Below are positions 1 through 10,882 of a stretch of DNA of 64,000 nt, one piece after another (position 1 is the stretch's first letter; each line of letters begins with the position of its first letter). The DNA is from Dehalococcoidia bacterium. Its GTDB lineage: Bacteria; Chloroflexota; Dehalococcoidia; SHYD01. Under the pieces are notes generated by a model. It was not told the DNA's origin. It saw nothing but the letters and a program-made list of their open reading frames with translations, and ran no database searches. Made by a program: the position numbers and the translations under genes. The DNA is taken from the NCBI GenBank assembly GCA_965220215.1, contig OZ244809.1:759702-823701 (forward strand), given 5' to 3'.

Positions 1-390
1 GAACTCGGGGTCGTTCTTCTCCTCCTCCGGATGGAAGCGCAGGTTCTCCAGCAGCAACACGCCGCCAGGTTCCAGTCCGGCCACCGCAGCCTCCGCGGTA
101 GGGCCCACGCAGTCCGACGCAGTAGCCACCGGCTGCTCCAGCAACTCCTGCAAGCGGCCGGCCACCGGCGTAAGCCGCAACGCTTCCGCCACCTTGCCGT
201 CCGGGCGGCCCAAGTGGGAGCACAGCACCACCTTTGCCTGTTGAGACTGCAAGTACGTAATGGTGGGGAGCGCCCCCCGAATACGAGCGTCGTCGGCAAC
301 CTGGCCCTTCTCTAAGGGCACGTTGAAGTCCACCCGGACCAGCGCCGTCTTGTCCTTAACGTCGATGTCTCGCAACGTCATCTTGTTCAT
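1..390 (-). CDS. pgk: Phosphoglycerate kinase, N-terminal part (runs off the window start; not in the ORF track)
   Basis: Manual translation from ATG at 390: [26 protein letters not shown]...SHLGRP...LLENLRF. These are the PGK signature motifs. Confidence 0.95.
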   Translation of the reverse strand, partial: MNKMTLRDIDVKDKTALVRVDFNVPLEKGQVADDARIRGALPTITYLQSQQAKVVLCSHLGRPDGKVAEALRLTPVAGRLQELLEQPVATASDCVGPTAEAAVAGLEPGGVLLLENLRFHPEEEKNDPEF

Positions 391-392
391 TT

Positions 393-1433
393 TCAGAATC
401 TTCTTTCAACCGAGAATTGGATCAGCGCCTGGAGGTCATCCACTGTCGGGTTAGCCAGCCCCGTCGCCACTAGCTGCTCCTGGGCTGCGGCAGCGTGGGC
501 CACGGCGGCGGCCTGTGAATACTCCTGCGCGCCTAGCGAAGTGAGGATATCCAGCGCGCTGTGGACGGCGGCTTCATCCAACGGCTCCGGCAGGTAGACC
601 CGCATCAGGGCCGCTTGGTCTGCGCCGGTGGCGTGGGCCAAACCATAGATGATAGGAAGCGACCGCTTTCGTTCCCGCAGGTCCTCCCCCACTAGCTTGC
701 CCAGCGTCTCCGGTTCTCCCCATAGTCCCAGAACATCGTCCCTAATCTGGAAGGCCAGGCCCAAACGCCGGCCAACTTCGTCAAAGCACGCCAGTTGCTG
801 CGGGTTTGCGCCGCCCAGCAACGCGCCCATCCCGCAGGAGGCGGACATGAGCGCGGCGGTCTTGCCTTCGATCATTGCGTGATAGTCGGCCTCGGTCACG
901 TCGGTGCGGGACTGGAAGTCCAGATCTAGGAACTGACCCTCGCAGAGGCTTAAACAGCTCTCCTCCATACGCTGTGCCAGCTCTACCACGACCTCCGGCG
1001 GTACACCGCGGTCAGAGAGGCGCAGCAAAGCGAGACGCGCCAGGATAAAGAGCGTATCGCCGGTGTTAATAGCCTGGGGGTCACCCCACAACCGCCAGAC
1101 GGTATCACGATGGCGGCGCTGCGGACTGCGGTCTTCAATATCGTCATGCACCAAAGAGAAGTTGTGCACCAGTTCCAGCGCCGCAGCAGCGGGCACCGCC
1201 TGCTGTATGTTGTCGCCCAGAGCCTCCGCGACCAAGAGCAATAGGGTGGAACGCAGCCCCTTCCCGCCTCCACCGCTTAACGCTTGGCCCTGGGCATCTA
1301 CCCAGCCCAGATGGTAGCGCACCATGGTGTAGAGGGGCAGGTCTTTCTCCGAGAAGAGTCCTTCCAAGAACTCGCGGACGGAGAGGGTGTAGCGGTCCAG
1401 GGAAGCGGGGGGAGGAGTCTGCACGTTGCTCAT
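393..1433 (-). CDS. Short-chain polyprenyl diphosphate synthase (type I GGPP synthase-like)
   Basis: GGKGLR motif; first Asp-rich motif [12 protein letters not shown] with Phe at -5, typical of type I GGPPS; second motif FQIRDD. ATG 1433 preferred over 1448. Confidence 0.88.
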   Translation of the reverse strand: MSNVQTPPPASLDRYTLSVREFLEGLFSEKDLPLYTMVRYHLGWVDAQGQALSGGGGKGLRSTLLLLVAEALGDNIQQAVPAAAALELVHNFSLVHDDIEDRSPQRRHRDTVWRLWGDPQAINTGDTLFILARLALLRLSDRGVPPEVVVELAQRMEESCLSLCEGQFLDLDFQSRTDVTEADYHAMIEGKTAALMSASCGMGALLGGANPQQLACFDEVGRRLGLAFQIRDDVLGLWGEPETLGKLVGEDLRERKRSLPIIYGLAHATGADQAALMRVYLPEPLDEAAVHSALDILTSLGAQEYSQAAAVAHAAAAQEQLVATGLANPTVDDLQALIQFSVERRF

Positions 1434-1437
1434 AAGG

Positions 1438-2085
1438 TTACTCCTCACTGTTCTCTACGCGGTAGGTCACGCCCAGGACTTCTTCCAGCGCGATCTGGGT
1501 GATGGCCCCTACGCGCAGCAGCCGAGGCGACTCGGTTGTCATGTCCAGCACGGTGGAATCGATGCCAACGGGGCAGAGGCCGCCGTCCACTATCAGATCA
1601 ACAAGCTCGCCTATCTGGGCGGCCGCCTCTTCTGCGGTGCGGGGACTCGGTTCGCCGGATCGGTTGGCGCTGGTAGCCGCCACTGGGCTGCCGAATGCCT
1701 CGATGACCTCCACACACCGCTCCATATCCGGCACCCGCACCCCAACTGTGGCGCCGCCGGCCACTACGGCCTGGGCCACGTTATCAGCTTTGGGAAGCAC
1801 TAGGGTGAGGCCGCCGGGAAGAAAGATGCGGGCGGCGCGCCACGCTGGGTCAGGGATGTCCTTTGCTACTAACGCGATGTCCTGCACCTTGGCTACCAGC
1901 AGTTGGAGCGGACGGGAAGAGTCTCTGCCCTTTACGTCGTAGACGCGGCGCACTGCCTCGCCGTTACCTGGGTCAACAAAGATGCCATAGACAGTGTCCG
2001 TAGGAAACACCACAAGGCCACCATCACGCAGCACGCGCGCAGCCTCCGTCACCGCGTCCGGGCTCATCTGGAGCAATTTGGCCAT
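1438..2085 (-). CDS. tsaC: L-threonylcarbamoyladenylate synthase (Sua5/YrdC family)
   Basis: PTDTVYG, KGR, TSANRSG and STVLD motifs. Confidence 0.92.
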   Translation of the reverse strand: MAKLLQMSPDAVTEAARVLRDGGLVVFPTDTVYGIFVDPGNGEAVRRVYDVKGRDSSRPLQLLVAKVQDIALVAKDIPDPAWRAARIFLPGGLTLVLPKADNVAQAVVAGGATVGVRVPDMERCVEVIEAFGSPVAATSANRSGEPSPRTAEEAAAQIGELVDLIVDGGLCPVGIDSTVLDMTTESPRLLRVGAITQIALEEVLGVTYRVENSEE

Positions 2086-2169
2086 CGTTGGGAGATCTTT
2101 CTGGCGAGTTTGTCTGAGTAATTCACGGCATTACGGGACAAAAAGGCCAAAATTAGAACATCCTTCTTA

Positions 2170-2197
2170 TTGACAAGTGTAAAAAGAATGGCAAAAT
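2170..2197 (+). promoter_or_regulatory. Housekeeping-sigma promoter of the dcw operon
   Basis: TTGACA (2170-2175), 16-bp spacer, TG-extended CAAAAT (2192-2197), upstream of mraZ. Confidence 0.7.
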
Positions 2198-2207
2198 TGG
2201 GGGCACG

Positions 2208-2235
2208 ATGGTGAAAAGTGGTGAAAAGTGGTGAA
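2208..2235 (+). promoter_or_regulatory. MraZ operator: three (A/G)TGGTGAA direct repeats with 10-bp period
   Basis: ATGGTGAAAA GTGGTGAAAA GTGGTGAA just downstream of the promoter. Matches the known spacing of MraZ-bound GTGG repeats. Confidence 0.8.
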
Positions 2236-2351
2236 TTCTTCTACATCTTGTGGTGTTCTTGGGGCCACGCGTGTAGGATGTCCCGCCATGCCTATTCAGT
2301 TGCGCTCCCAAAGGGTAGCACGGGCATCTGATAGGGGCAATAGGAGCAATC

Positions 2352-2774
2352 GTGTTCCTAGGTGAGTACTCCTACGCCCTGGATGACCGCGGGCGCGTCG
2401 CCATTCCTACCCGATTCCGGGAGGAGTTCAAGGACGGCCTTATCCTGGCGCGGGGCATGGACCGCTGCATCACCGCCTATTCGCCCACCAGCTGGCAAAA
2501 GCTCATCGGGCAGTTGGAGGGACTCCCTTTCATGCGTGGCGACGCCCGGCGACTCCAGCGGGCTATCTTCGCCGGCGCATTCGAGGCGGAGCTAGACCGG
2601 CAGGGGCGCGTGCTAATCCCGGCCCCACTGCGGGAGTACGCCGGCATTCGACAAGAGGTCGCCGTGGTGGGCACCAACGACCATCTGGAGCTCTGGGACC
2701 AGGAGAATTGGGCCCAGGAGCGCGTGGACCTAGACAATCAGCTGGCCGAGATAGCGGAGCGCCTGAATGGCTAG
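2352..2774 (+). CDS. mraZ: Division/cell wall cluster transcriptional repressor MraZ
   Basis: [19 protein letters not shown] and [11 protein letters not shown] repeats; GGAG RBS before the GTG start. Confidence 0.96.
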   Translation: MFLGEYSYALDDRGRVAIPTRFREEFKDGLILARGMDRCITAYSPTSWQKLIGQLEGLPFMRGDARRLQRAIFAGAFEAELDRQGRVLIPAPLREYAGIRQEVAVVGTNDHLELWDQENWAQERVDLDNQLAEIAERLNG

Positions 2775-3726
2775 CGTCGTGATAGGCAGAAGAGAGCTTG
2801 TAGCACCCATGGTAGAGCAACATATTCCCGTCCTTCTGGAAGAGGTGGTGCGATCGCTCCATCCTCACCCGGAAGGCGTTTACATTGATGGCACGGTGGG
2901 GCGTGGGGGACATGCCGCGGCCATCATGGACGGGGCCGGCGGCCACGCCCGCCTCCTGGGGCTGGACGCCGACCCCCGTTCTCTTACTTTGGCGGGAGAA
3001 ACCCTGGCGCAGTTTGGCAACGCTGTCGCCTTGCGGGAGGGCAACTTTCGCCACATCGCCGCGCTGGCCGAAGAGTCTGGTTTTGCCCAAGTGGACGGCA
3101 TCCTCCTGGACCTGGGCATTTCCAGCATGCAGCTCGATGCAATGGGCCGCGGCTTCAGCTTCCAAGACACGGAGAGCCTGGATATGCGTTTCAGCCCGCG
3201 ACAGCAGGTGACTGCGCTCGATTTGGTTAACACCTGCCCTGAGTCGGCGCTGGCCGACCTTATCTATCGTTACGGGGAGGAGCGCCAGTCCCGGCGCATC
3301 GCCCGCACCATCGTTGCGCGTCGCCCCATTATCACGGCAGCGGAGCTAGCCGCAGCGGTTTCTTCCGCCATGCCCCGCCGCGGGAAGATCCATCCTGCCA
3401 CCAGAACCTTCCAGGCGTTGCGCATCGCCGTGAATGATGAGCTCGATGCCTTACGCGAGGCGTTGCCACAGGCCCTCGGTTTGCTGACCCCTGGGGGCAT
3501 CCTCGCGGTTATCAGCTTCCACAGCCTTGAGGACCGTATCGTCAAAGAGCTTTTTCAGCGGGAAGCAAGAGATTGTGTTTGCCCGCCGAGCACGCCCGTT
3601 TGTGTCTGCGGCCACCGAGCACAGGTCCGGCTCCCGCATCGCCGACCTATTGCGCCTACACCAGAAGAAGTAAACCGGAACCCCAGAAGCCGCAGTGCCA
3701 AGCTGCGCGTAGCGGAAAAGCTTTAG
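2767..3726 (+). CDS. rsmH: 16S rRNA m4C1402 methyltransferase RsmH (alternative start 2809)
   Basis: [41 protein letters not shown] and RSRSAKLR motifs. Confidence 0.96.
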   Translation: MASVVIGRRELVAPMVEQHIPVLLEEVVRSLHPHPEGVYIDGTVGRGGHAAAIMDGAGGHARLLGLDADPRSLTLAGETLAQFGNAVALREGNFRHIAALAEESGFAQVDGILLDLGISSMQLDAMGRGFSFQDTESLDMRFSPRQQVTALDLVNTCPESALADLIYRYGEERQSRRIARTIVARRPIITAAELAAAVSSAMPRRGKIHPATRTFQALRIAVNDELDALREALPQALGLLTPGGILAVISFHSLEDRIVKELFQREARDCVCPPSTPVCVCGHRAQVRLPHRRPIAPTPEEVNRNPRSRSAKLRVAEKL

Positions 3727-3752
3727 CCCGCCCGTTTGTGCAGGTGAATGTT

Positions 3753-4205
3753 ATGCGAACAGCACCCATAGAGACGTTTGCAACTGCGCCCAAAAGCCCG
3801 CAGCAGCCCCGGAGCTTTGGCCGTCAGGTATTTCTAATCGGCCTTGTGATGCTCCTGGGAATGACGATGCTCCTGATCCAGACCAGCATCGTGGCCACCA
3901 CTGGCTACAGAGTGGAACAACTCAGTAACCAGAAAGCGAATCAGGAGCGGCTCATCCTGGAGATGTCCGCAGCGGTTGCGGCATTGCGCTCCCTGGACCG
4001 CATAGAGTACGAGGCGCGCACCCGTCTCAATATGGTGACGCCCACGGAGTATATCTACGTAAGCGTTGATGCCCTGCCAAACAAACCAACTCCACTGCTC
4101 CAGAAGAGCTTGAGAGACAAGCAGAGCAGCCTGACAGAGCTGCAGCCATCGTCGTGGTGGGAGTCCATCCCATTAGTGAGGAATATCTTTAGGAGTGAGC
4201 CATGA
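3753..4205 (+). CDS. ftsL: FtsL-like cell division protein (single TM plus coiled coil)
   Basis: Lies between rsmH and ftsI; TM segment VFLIGLVMLLGMTMLLI, coiled coil and LDRIEYEARTRLNMV. Confidence 0.7.
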   Translation: MRTAPIETFATAPKSPQQPRSFGRQVFLIGLVMLLGMTMLLIQTSIVATTGYRVEQLSNQKANQERLILEMSAAVAALRSLDRIEYEARTRLNMVTPTEYIYVSVDALPNKPTPLLQKSLRDKQSSLTELQPSSWWESIPLVRNIFRSEP

Positions 4206-5938
4206 AAGCACAACTGATCTTAAGCCCAATCCGGCTAGGACTTGTCCTTTCATTCTTTGCGCTGTGCACCCTGGGCCTGGTTATTCGCCTCTGGTATCTG
4301 CAGGTTTACCTGCACGAGTCCTTTGTGCAGCAAGCCCAGAACGCTCATTGGGACCAGGAGACCGTAAAAGCGCCGCGCGGCTCCATCCTGGACAGCGAAG
4401 GAAACCCGCTGGCCCTCTCTCTGGCAAGCTGGGAGGTCACGGTAGACCCCCGCGAGTTCACAAAGCCGGAGCAACGGGAGAACGCCGTGCGCGTCCTTTC
4501 CGCAGCCTCTGGATATCCATCCAAGGATCTAGAGAGCACAATAGATAACGGCAACGGCAATCCTGTCCTCGCTATCCCCAACCTCGACTACGAGCGGGGC
4601 AAACTTGTAGCTGCTACCCAACTCCCCGGCGTCACGTTGCAGGAAAACAGCAAGCGCACCTACCCAGAGGGCAGTTTAGCTGCACCGCTCATCGGTTTCC
4701 TGGGCAGGGACGGCGCCGGTCTTACCGGCCTGGAAGCAGACCTCAACCCGGAGCTGGCCGGCACGCCCGGCTCCATGGTCTTTGAGCGGGATAGCGTAGG
4801 CAACCCCATTCCTCTCGGCTACCGCGCTACTACCAACCCTGAAGAAGGGTACGACATTGTGCTCACCGTCGACCGCTACGTGCAGCGGGTGATAGAGCGT
4901 GAGCTGGACGATGCCATGACGCGCCACGAGGCCGAAGGCGGCACCATCATTGTGATGGATCCCCGCACCGGCGGCATCCTTGCCATGGCTAGCCGGCCAA
5001 CTTTCGATCTGCAGAACCTAAGCCTGTCGGATGAGGCGACCCTGGCGTTGGTGCGCAACCGCGCCGTGACCGACCTCTACGAGCCTGGCTCGACCTTCAA
5101 AGTGCTGACCATGGCCGCGGCCATCAACGAGGGCCTGGTTACGCCTGAGACAACCTATGTGGACAGCGGCCCCGTGGTGAAATACGGCTACACCATCGAC
5201 ACCTGGGACGGCAACCACTGGGGCAAAGAGTCCATGGCCGAGCTGCTGATGCATAGCAACAACGTGGGCGCGGTCTGGCTCAGCGACACGCTGGGTCAAG
5301 ACATCTTCTACAAGTACGTGAACGCTTATGGCTTCGGGAAGCCGACCAATATCGGCCTGTCTGGTGAAGCTAACGGCCAAGTCCGGATGCCGGACGATCC
5401 CCATTGGTCACCCATAGACCTGGCTACTAACGCCTTTGGGCAAGGCCTCAGTGTTACGCCGCTGCAACTAGTCACCGCCATTAGTGGCGTCATCAACGAC
5501 GGTGTACTGATGAAGCCACAGCTGGTGAAGGGCCTGGTGAGCGCTGATGGCATGCAGACCATCCAGCCGCAAATAGTCCGGCGCCTGGTCTCTTCGGAGA
5601 CTTCACGCCAGATTCGCAGCATGATGCGGGCTGTTGCGGAGGATGGGGTATCCAAGCTAGCCACGGTGCCCGGCTTCCACGTGGGCGGCAAGACGGGCAC
5701 GGCAACCATTCCCGGCCCGGACGGGAAGTACTTAGAGGACGCCACTATTGCTTCCATTGTGGGCTTCTTCCCGTACGAGGACCCACGAGCAGTAGTGCTG
5801 GTAAAGATTGACCACCCAAAAGACTCGCCGTGGGGCGGCCAGATAGCTTCGCCCATCTTCAGTAACATCGCGCGGGAGTTGTTGATATACTGGCGAATAC
5901 CACCCTCCGACGGGGCGCTAGCGGCCAGGATCCCGTAG
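4202..5938 (+). CDS. ftsI: Class B penicillin-binding protein (septal transpeptidase)
   Basis: N-terminal TM; EPGSTFK (SxxK), HSNN (SxN) and GGKTGT (KTG) motifs; dcw position. Confidence 0.93.
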   Translation: MKAQLILSPIRLGLVLSFFALCTLGLVIRLWYLQVYLHESFVQQAQNAHWDQETVKAPRGSILDSEGNPLALSLASWEVTVDPREFTKPEQRENAVRVLSAASGYPSKDLESTIDNGNGNPVLAIPNLDYERGKLVAATQLPGVTLQENSKRTYPEGSLAAPLIGFLGRDGAGLTGLEADLNPELAGTPGSMVFERDSVGNPIPLGYRATTNPEEGYDIVLTVDRYVQRVIERELDDAMTRHEAEGGTIIVMDPRTGGILAMASRPTFDLQNLSLSDEATLALVRNRAVTDLYEPGSTFKVLTMAAAINEGLVTPETTYVDSGPVVKYGYTIDTWDGNHWGKESMAELLMHSNNVGAVWLSDTLGQDIFYKYVNAYGFGKPTNIGLSGEANGQVRMPDDPHWSPIDLATNAFGQGLSVTPLQLVTAISGVINDGVLMKPQLVKGLVSADGMQTIQPQIVRRLVSSETSRQIRSMMRAVAEDGVSKLATVPGFHVGGKTGTATIPGPDGKYLEDATIASIVGFFPYEDPRAVVLVKIDHPKDSPWGGQIASPIFSNIARELLIYWRIPPSDGALAARIP

Positions 5939-5955
5939 CGCCAGCAGGAAGCACT

Positions 5956-7338
5956 ATGCTGACCGGACGGGACATCGCTTCTGGGCTAGGCCCACTCCTC
6001 CTGCTGCCACTGGACACGGCTGCCGACGCACAGGGGTTTAGCAAGGCTGTGGTCGACTCCCGGAAAGCCGCGCCCGGCGACCTCTTCATTGCCCTCCCCG
6101 GTGAGCATGCAGACGGCCACCAGTTCATCGCCGATGCAATCTCCCACGGCGCAACAGGCATCCTTGCGAAGGACTGGCCGGAGGACGTAAGCATAGACAC
6201 CCGCTCCGCTGCCGTCCTTTTCAAAGTTGCCGATCCGCTCACCGCGCTCCAAACCTTAGCCACTTATTGGCGGGACCGCTTCCAAGTGAAGGTTGTTGGC
6301 GTGACCGGGAGTGTGGGCAAAACTACTACCAAGGAAGCCATAGCCGGCGTCCTAAGCACGCGCTATAACGTTCTGAAGAGCACTGGCAATCTGAACACCG
6401 AGATCGGCCTGCCGCTGGTACTGCTGGAGCTGGAGGAGCGCCACCAGCGCGCCGTACTGGAGATGGGTATGTACCGCCAGGGCGACATCGCGTTGCTCTG
6501 CGGTTTGGCCCACCCAGAGATAGGTGTGGTCACCAACGTGGGGCCAACCCACCTGGAGCGGCTGCGGAGCATGGACAACATTGCCGCTGCAAAGGCGGAG
6601 CTGGTGGAAAGCTTGCCCGTTAACGGCACAGCGGTGCTTAATGCAGACGACGCTCGTGTGGCGGCAATGCGCGCCAACACCAGCGCACGGGTCATTACCT
6701 ACGGGCTTTCCCAGGACGCCCAATGCCGCGCCATAGAGGTCGCGTCCCACGGACTGGGCGGCGTTGGGTTTACGTTGACCTGGGAGGGCGCAAGCCAGCC
6801 CGTGGAGTTGCCACTGCCGGGCCGGCACAACGTCTACACCGCGCTCGCAGCGGCATCGGTCGGTCTGGCAGAAGGCTTTGCCCTGGATGAGATAGCCACG
6901 GCGCTGCAATCGCCAAACCCGGGCGGCCGCATCCAGACCTGGAAGACTGCTGAGGGCGCCACTATCATCGACGACAGCTACAACGCAAGCCCGATTTCTA
7001 TGAAGGCCGCCCTCGACCTCTTGAGCGAGATGCAGGGCACCCGCATCGCTGTTCTGGGCGACATGTACGAGCTTGGGAGCGCCGCAGAGTCCGGCCACCT
7101 GGACGTGGGCCACTACGCAGCCACTCATGCGGATGCGCTCTACACCATCGGCCCCAAGGCAGCTACTATTAGCGCTGCCGCCAAAGCCAACGGCCTACGG
7201 GCCAACTACCACTACGACGACCTAGAGTATCTAGCAGGCGTGTTGCGTGGGCGTATGGGGCCCGACGTCTACGTGCTCGTGAAGGCTTCGCGTGGCATGG
7301 CTCTTGAGCGGCTCGTCGCGCAGTTGTGTGAGGCTTAG
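5956..7338 (+). CDS. murF: UDP-MurNAc-tripeptide--D-Ala-D-Ala ligase
   Basis: VTGSVGKTTTKE, NTEIGLPL, IIDDSYNASP, LGDMYELG and KASRGM motifs. Confidence 0.94.
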   Translation: MLTGRDIASGLGPLLLLPLDTAADAQGFSKAVVDSRKAAPGDLFIALPGEHADGHQFIADAISHGATGILAKDWPEDVSIDTRSAAVLFKVADPLTALQTLATYWRDRFQVKVVGVTGSVGKTTTKEAIAGVLSTRYNVLKSTGNLNTEIGLPLVLLELEERHQRAVLEMGMYRQGDIALLCGLAHPEIGVVTNVGPTHLERLRSMDNIAAAKAELVESLPVNGTAVLNADDARVAAMRANTSARVITYGLSQDAQCRAIEVASHGLGGVGFTLTWEGASQPVELPLPGRHNVYTALAAASVGLAEGFALDEIATALQSPNPGGRIQTWKTAEGATIIDDSYNASPISMKAALDLLSEMQGTRIAVLGDMYELGSAAESGHLDVGHYAATHADALYTIGPKAATISAAAKANGLRANYHYDDLEYLAGVLRGRMGPDVYVLVKASRGMALERLVAQLCEA

Positions 7339-8292
7339 ATGGCCTATTCACTAGCAACGGCGGCCATCGCATTTGTGATTGCCATGATACTTGCCCCAAC
7401 AATCATCAGAGTGCTGGAGCGCGGCGGCATCGGCAAGGGCATCCGTGAAGACGGGCCGGAGCGCCACCACAGCAAGAGCGGCACCATCACTATGGGCGGG
7501 CTCATCATCTTGATCTCTGCTCTCATCACCACCGTAGCGTTCAACCTCCAGGGCCGCTCTATTCTGGTCCCCTTGGGTACTATGGTGGCCCACGGCCTCC
7601 TGGGCGCAATCGATGATATCCGCACCCTAGTGGGCCACGCCGAGGGCGGGCTTTCGGCGCCGCTCAAGTTCGCGCTGCTGGCGTTCATTGCCCTGATAAT
7701 AGCCCTCACCCTCCACTACGGCCTGCTGCTGGAAAGCGTCTATCTTCCTTTCACAGGCAAGATACCCATTGGCGCGTGGTATGTGCCCATCGCCATCTTC
7801 ACCATCGTGAGCACGGCAAACGCCATGAACCTCACCGACGGCCTGGACTCCCTGGCGGGCGGCACCGCAGCCATGGCCTTTGCCGCGTACGGCATCATAG
7901 CCTTCTTACAGGAGCAATCCTTCCTTGCCACCTTCTGCTTCACGATAGTTGGAGCTACTCTGGGCTTCCTCTGGTTCAACGCACATCCGGCGCGCATCTT
8001 CATGGGCGACACCGGCTCCCTGGCGCTGGGTGCATGCCTGGCCGTGGTAGCCATGATGACAGGCCACTGGCTGCTCTTGCCTCTGATCGGCGCGGTGTTC
8101 GTTGCAGAGACCCTCTCCGTGATCCTCCAGGTAGTGTATTTCAAGCTAACGGGTGGCAAACGGCTATTTCGCATGAGCCCGCTGCACCACCACTTTGAGC
8201 TGCTGGGCTGGTCGGAGCCGCAGATTACCATGCGCTTCTGGCTGGCGGGTATGGTGGCGGCGATGATAGGCGTGGCGCTGGCCCTGGCGTAG
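7339..8292 (+). CDS. mraY: Phospho-MurNAc-pentapeptide transferase
   Basis: TMGG, NAMNLTDGLDSL, IFMGDTGSL and PLHHHFE motifs; multiple TM helices. Confidence 0.96.
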   Translation: MAYSLATAAIAFVIAMILAPTIIRVLERGGIGKGIREDGPERHHSKSGTITMGGLIILISALITTVAFNLQGRSILVPLGTMVAHGLLGAIDDIRTLVGHAEGGLSAPLKFALLAFIALIIALTLHYGLLLESVYLPFTGKIPIGAWYVPIAIFTIVSTANAMNLTDGLDSLAGGTAAMAFAAYGIIAFLQEQSFLATFCFTIVGATLGFLWFNAHPARIFMGDTGSLALGACLAVVAMMTGHWLLLPLIGAVFVAETLSVILQVVYFKLTGGKRLFRMSPLHHHFELLGWSEPQITMRFWLAGMVAAMIGVALALA

Positions 8293-8297
8293 CAAGT

Positions 8298-9704
8298 ATG
8301 GACATGACGACGCTAGCCGGAAAACGCGCCACTGTGGTCGGCCTGGGCATCGAGGGCGTTGCCTTAGTGCGCTACTTGGCCGCTCAGGGCGCACAGGTCA
8401 CCGTAAGCGATGCCAAACCCGCCGAGGCGCTTCAGGAAAACCTGGCCCACATTGCCGGCGCGCCGGTTCGCCTCTCCCTGGGCGGCAACTATGCCGAAGC
8501 CTGCTTGGACGCGGACGTTCTCTTTATAAGCCAAGGCGTGCCCTTGGATATCCCCACGCTAGTAACGGCACGGGAGCGCGGCATCCCCTTCAGCTCCTCC
8601 ACAAAGCTCTTTATGGATCACTGCCCTGCGCCCATCTTGGGGATTACGGGAAGCGCCGGCAAGAGCACGACCACTGCCCTTACCGGCGAGCTGTTCCAGG
8701 CGGCTGGCGGGCCGGTCATGGTGGGCGGCAACATAGGTCTGGTGCTCCTGGACAGCCTGGACCAGCTAACACCGGGTCAATGGGTGGTCCTGGAAGTGAG
8801 CCACACCCAGCTGGAGCTTACCGACCGCAGTCCCCGCATAGCCGTGGTCACCAACATCTCTCCCAGCCATGCCGACCGCTATCCCTCTCTGGATCAGTAC
8901 ATCGCGCTAAAGGAGCGTCTCTTTCAGTTTCAAGGCCCAGAGGACGTGCTGGTGCTGAACTGGGAAGATCCGGTGACCCGGGCTATGGCTGGCAAGGCGC
9001 AAGCTCGCATCATCTTCTTCTCCGACGGCGAAATTCCCTCCGGGGACGCCACTTACCTGCGTAACGGTCAGATCTGGCTTCGCTACGGGGGGACTGAACA
9101 AGCTGTTGTCCCTATTGACCGCATCAAGCCGCTGGGCGCTCACAACGTAGCCAACGCGCTCGCGGCCTGCGCTGCGGGAGCGGCTGCAGAGCTGCCCATC
9201 GCTGCGATGGCGCAGGGTGTGGCCAACTTCCGGGGCCTCGCCCACCGCCTAGAGTGGGTGGGACAAGCAGCGGGTGTGAACTATTACAACGACAGCATTG
9301 CCACCACGCCGGTGCGTACTATTGCGGGACTCCAGTCCTTCGCCAGGCCTATCGTGCTGCTGGCGGGCGGCAAGGATAAAGCGCTTCCGTTGGGAGAGTG
9401 GGTGGACGAGGTCTGCCGCCGTTGCGCCGCTGTGGTGCTCTTTGGCGAGGCCGGGCCGATGCTCCAAGCTGCCCTCGCGACCCGCTGGCAAGGACGCGCC
9501 CCCCTTGTGTATGCGCCGCAACTTCCCGAGGCGGTGGCAAAGGCCCGAGCGCTTGCTGAATCAGGTGACGTGGTGCTGCTGTCCCCCGCCTGCACCAGCT
9601 TTGACCAATATCCTAACTTTGAGGTGCGCGGCCGACACTTTGCCGAACTTGTCACACAGTTTGCCCACACCTCGGCCACGCCTGCCGATGAAGGCTCCTT
9701 ATGA
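8298..9704 (+). CDS. murD: UDP-MurNAc-L-Ala--D-Glu ligase
   Basis: ITGSAGKSTTT, GGNIG, HRLE, YNDSIAT, LLSPACTSFDQY motifs. Confidence 0.95.
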   Translation: MDMTTLAGKRATVVGLGIEGVALVRYLAAQGAQVTVSDAKPAEALQENLAHIAGAPVRLSLGGNYAEACLDADVLFISQGVPLDIPTLVTARERGIPFSSSTKLFMDHCPAPILGITGSAGKSTTTALTGELFQAAGGPVMVGGNIGLVLLDSLDQLTPGQWVVLEVSHTQLELTDRSPRIAVVTNISPSHADRYPSLDQYIALKERLFQFQGPEDVLVLNWEDPVTRAMAGKAQARIIFFSDGEIPSGDATYLRNGQIWLRYGGTEQAVVPIDRIKPLGAHNVANALAACAAGAAAELPIAAMAQGVANFRGLAHRLEWVGQAAGVNYYNDSIATTPVRTIAGLQSFARPIVLLAGGKDKALPLGEWVDEVCRRCAAVVLFGEAGPMLQAALATRWQGRAPLVYAPQLPEAVAKARALAESGDVVLLSPACTSFDQYPNFEVRGRHFAELVTQFAHTSATPADEGSL

Positions 9705-10882
9705 CCTCGCCCCGTGAAGAGCGACGGCAGCGGCTGGGGCCGCCAGACGCCTTTCTCATGGTGCTGGTCGGCGCGCTCATCCTCATTGGACTACAGGTGG
9801 TTTTCAGTGCCACCTTCGCCCTCTCCCTTTCCGAGCACAACCACGTCTTCTACTATCTGATGCGGCAGGGCCTGTGGGCGGTCGTCGGGAGTCTGTTGTT
9901 ACTCCTGTGCATGCGGGTGGACTACCACCTCTGGATTACCCTCAGCCCGGCTCTGATCGCGTTAGCGCTGGTGCTGCTGACCCTAGTGCTCATTCCCGAC
10001 TTCAATGTGGAGGCTAACGGCGCAACCCGCTGGCTCCGTCTTGGTCCATTGCCGCCTATTCAACCCAGCGAGTTCGTGAAGCTGGCGGCCATCATTGCCC
10101 TAGCGGCCTGGCTTGCCGGACCGGAGGAGCGCGTGCGTTCCTTCGCCCTGGGACTAATCCCCTTTGTCGCCTTTATGGGTATCCTGAGCGTCCTCATTTT
10201 GCGTCAGCCCGATCTCGGCACTACCCTCGTACTACTTCTGGTAGCGACCACCATGTTCTTTCTTGCGGGCGCCGACCTTAAGCTCATGGCGACCCTCACT
10301 GTAGGCGGGACGGCGACGGTCTTGGCGCTGGCGCTGGGAGCCAGCTACCGTATGGCCCGCTGGCAGTCCTTCCTTGATCCCTGGCAAGACCCCTCCGGCG
10401 TAGGGTTCCACATCATTCAGCTACTGATAGCCCTGGGCAGCGGCGGCATCTTTGGCCTGGGTTTGGGAGAAAGCCGCCAGAAGTTCTTCTACATTCCCGG
10501 CGCGCATACGGACGGCGTCTTTGCCATCATTGGTGAGGAGATGGGCTTTATGGGTTGTCTGGCAGTGCTCCTCCTCTTTGCCGCGTTGCTCTATAGGGGC
10601 ATCAGAATTGCCCAACGTGCGCCGGATGCCCAAGGCGCGCTCCTAGTCTGCGGCATCCTCTGTTGGTTCGGTTACCAGGCGCTCATCAACATCGCGGGCA
10701 TCACCCGCTCACTACCCATGACCGGCATCCCGCTACCCTTCCTCAGCTATGGCGGTTCCTCCCTTGCCGCCGCTATGGCTGCAGTAGGCATCTTACTGAA
10801 CGTGTCTCGCCAAATGAGCGACCAGCCAGTGGAGCAACCGGTATCCGTGGGCTCTGCGCCCGCCGCTGGAGTGAAACGATAA
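9701..10882 (+). CDS. ftsW: SEDS peptidoglycan glycosyltransferase FtsW
   Basis: GATRWL, QPSEFVK, QPDLGT, HTDGVF and LPFLSYGGSS motifs. Confidence 0.95.
   Translation: MTSPREERRQRLGPPDAFLMVLVGALILIGLQVVFSATFALSLSEHNHVFYYLMRQGLWAVVGSLLLLLCMRVDYHLWITLSPALIALALVLLTLVLIPDFNVEANGATRWLRLGPLPPIQPSEFVKLAAIIALAAWLAGPEERVRSFALGLIPFVAFMGILSVLILRQPDLGTTLVLLLVATTMFFLAGADLKLMATLTVGGTATVLALALGASYRMARWQSFLDPWQDPSGVGFHIIQLLIALGSGGIFGLGLGESRQKFFYIPGAHTDGVFAIIGEEMGFMGCLAVLLLFAALLYRGIRIAQRAPDAQGALLVCGILCWFGYQALINIAGITRSLPMTGIPLPFLSYGGSSLAAAMAAVGILLNVSRQMSDQPVEQPVSVGSAPAAGVKR

Noticed and set aside
3573-3752. Long N-terminal extensions in the ORF track (ftsL 3573, murG 10663, ddl 14363, HAD 38341, proC 28933)
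   Set aside because: They overlap upstream genes extensively; family-typical starts lie downstream.
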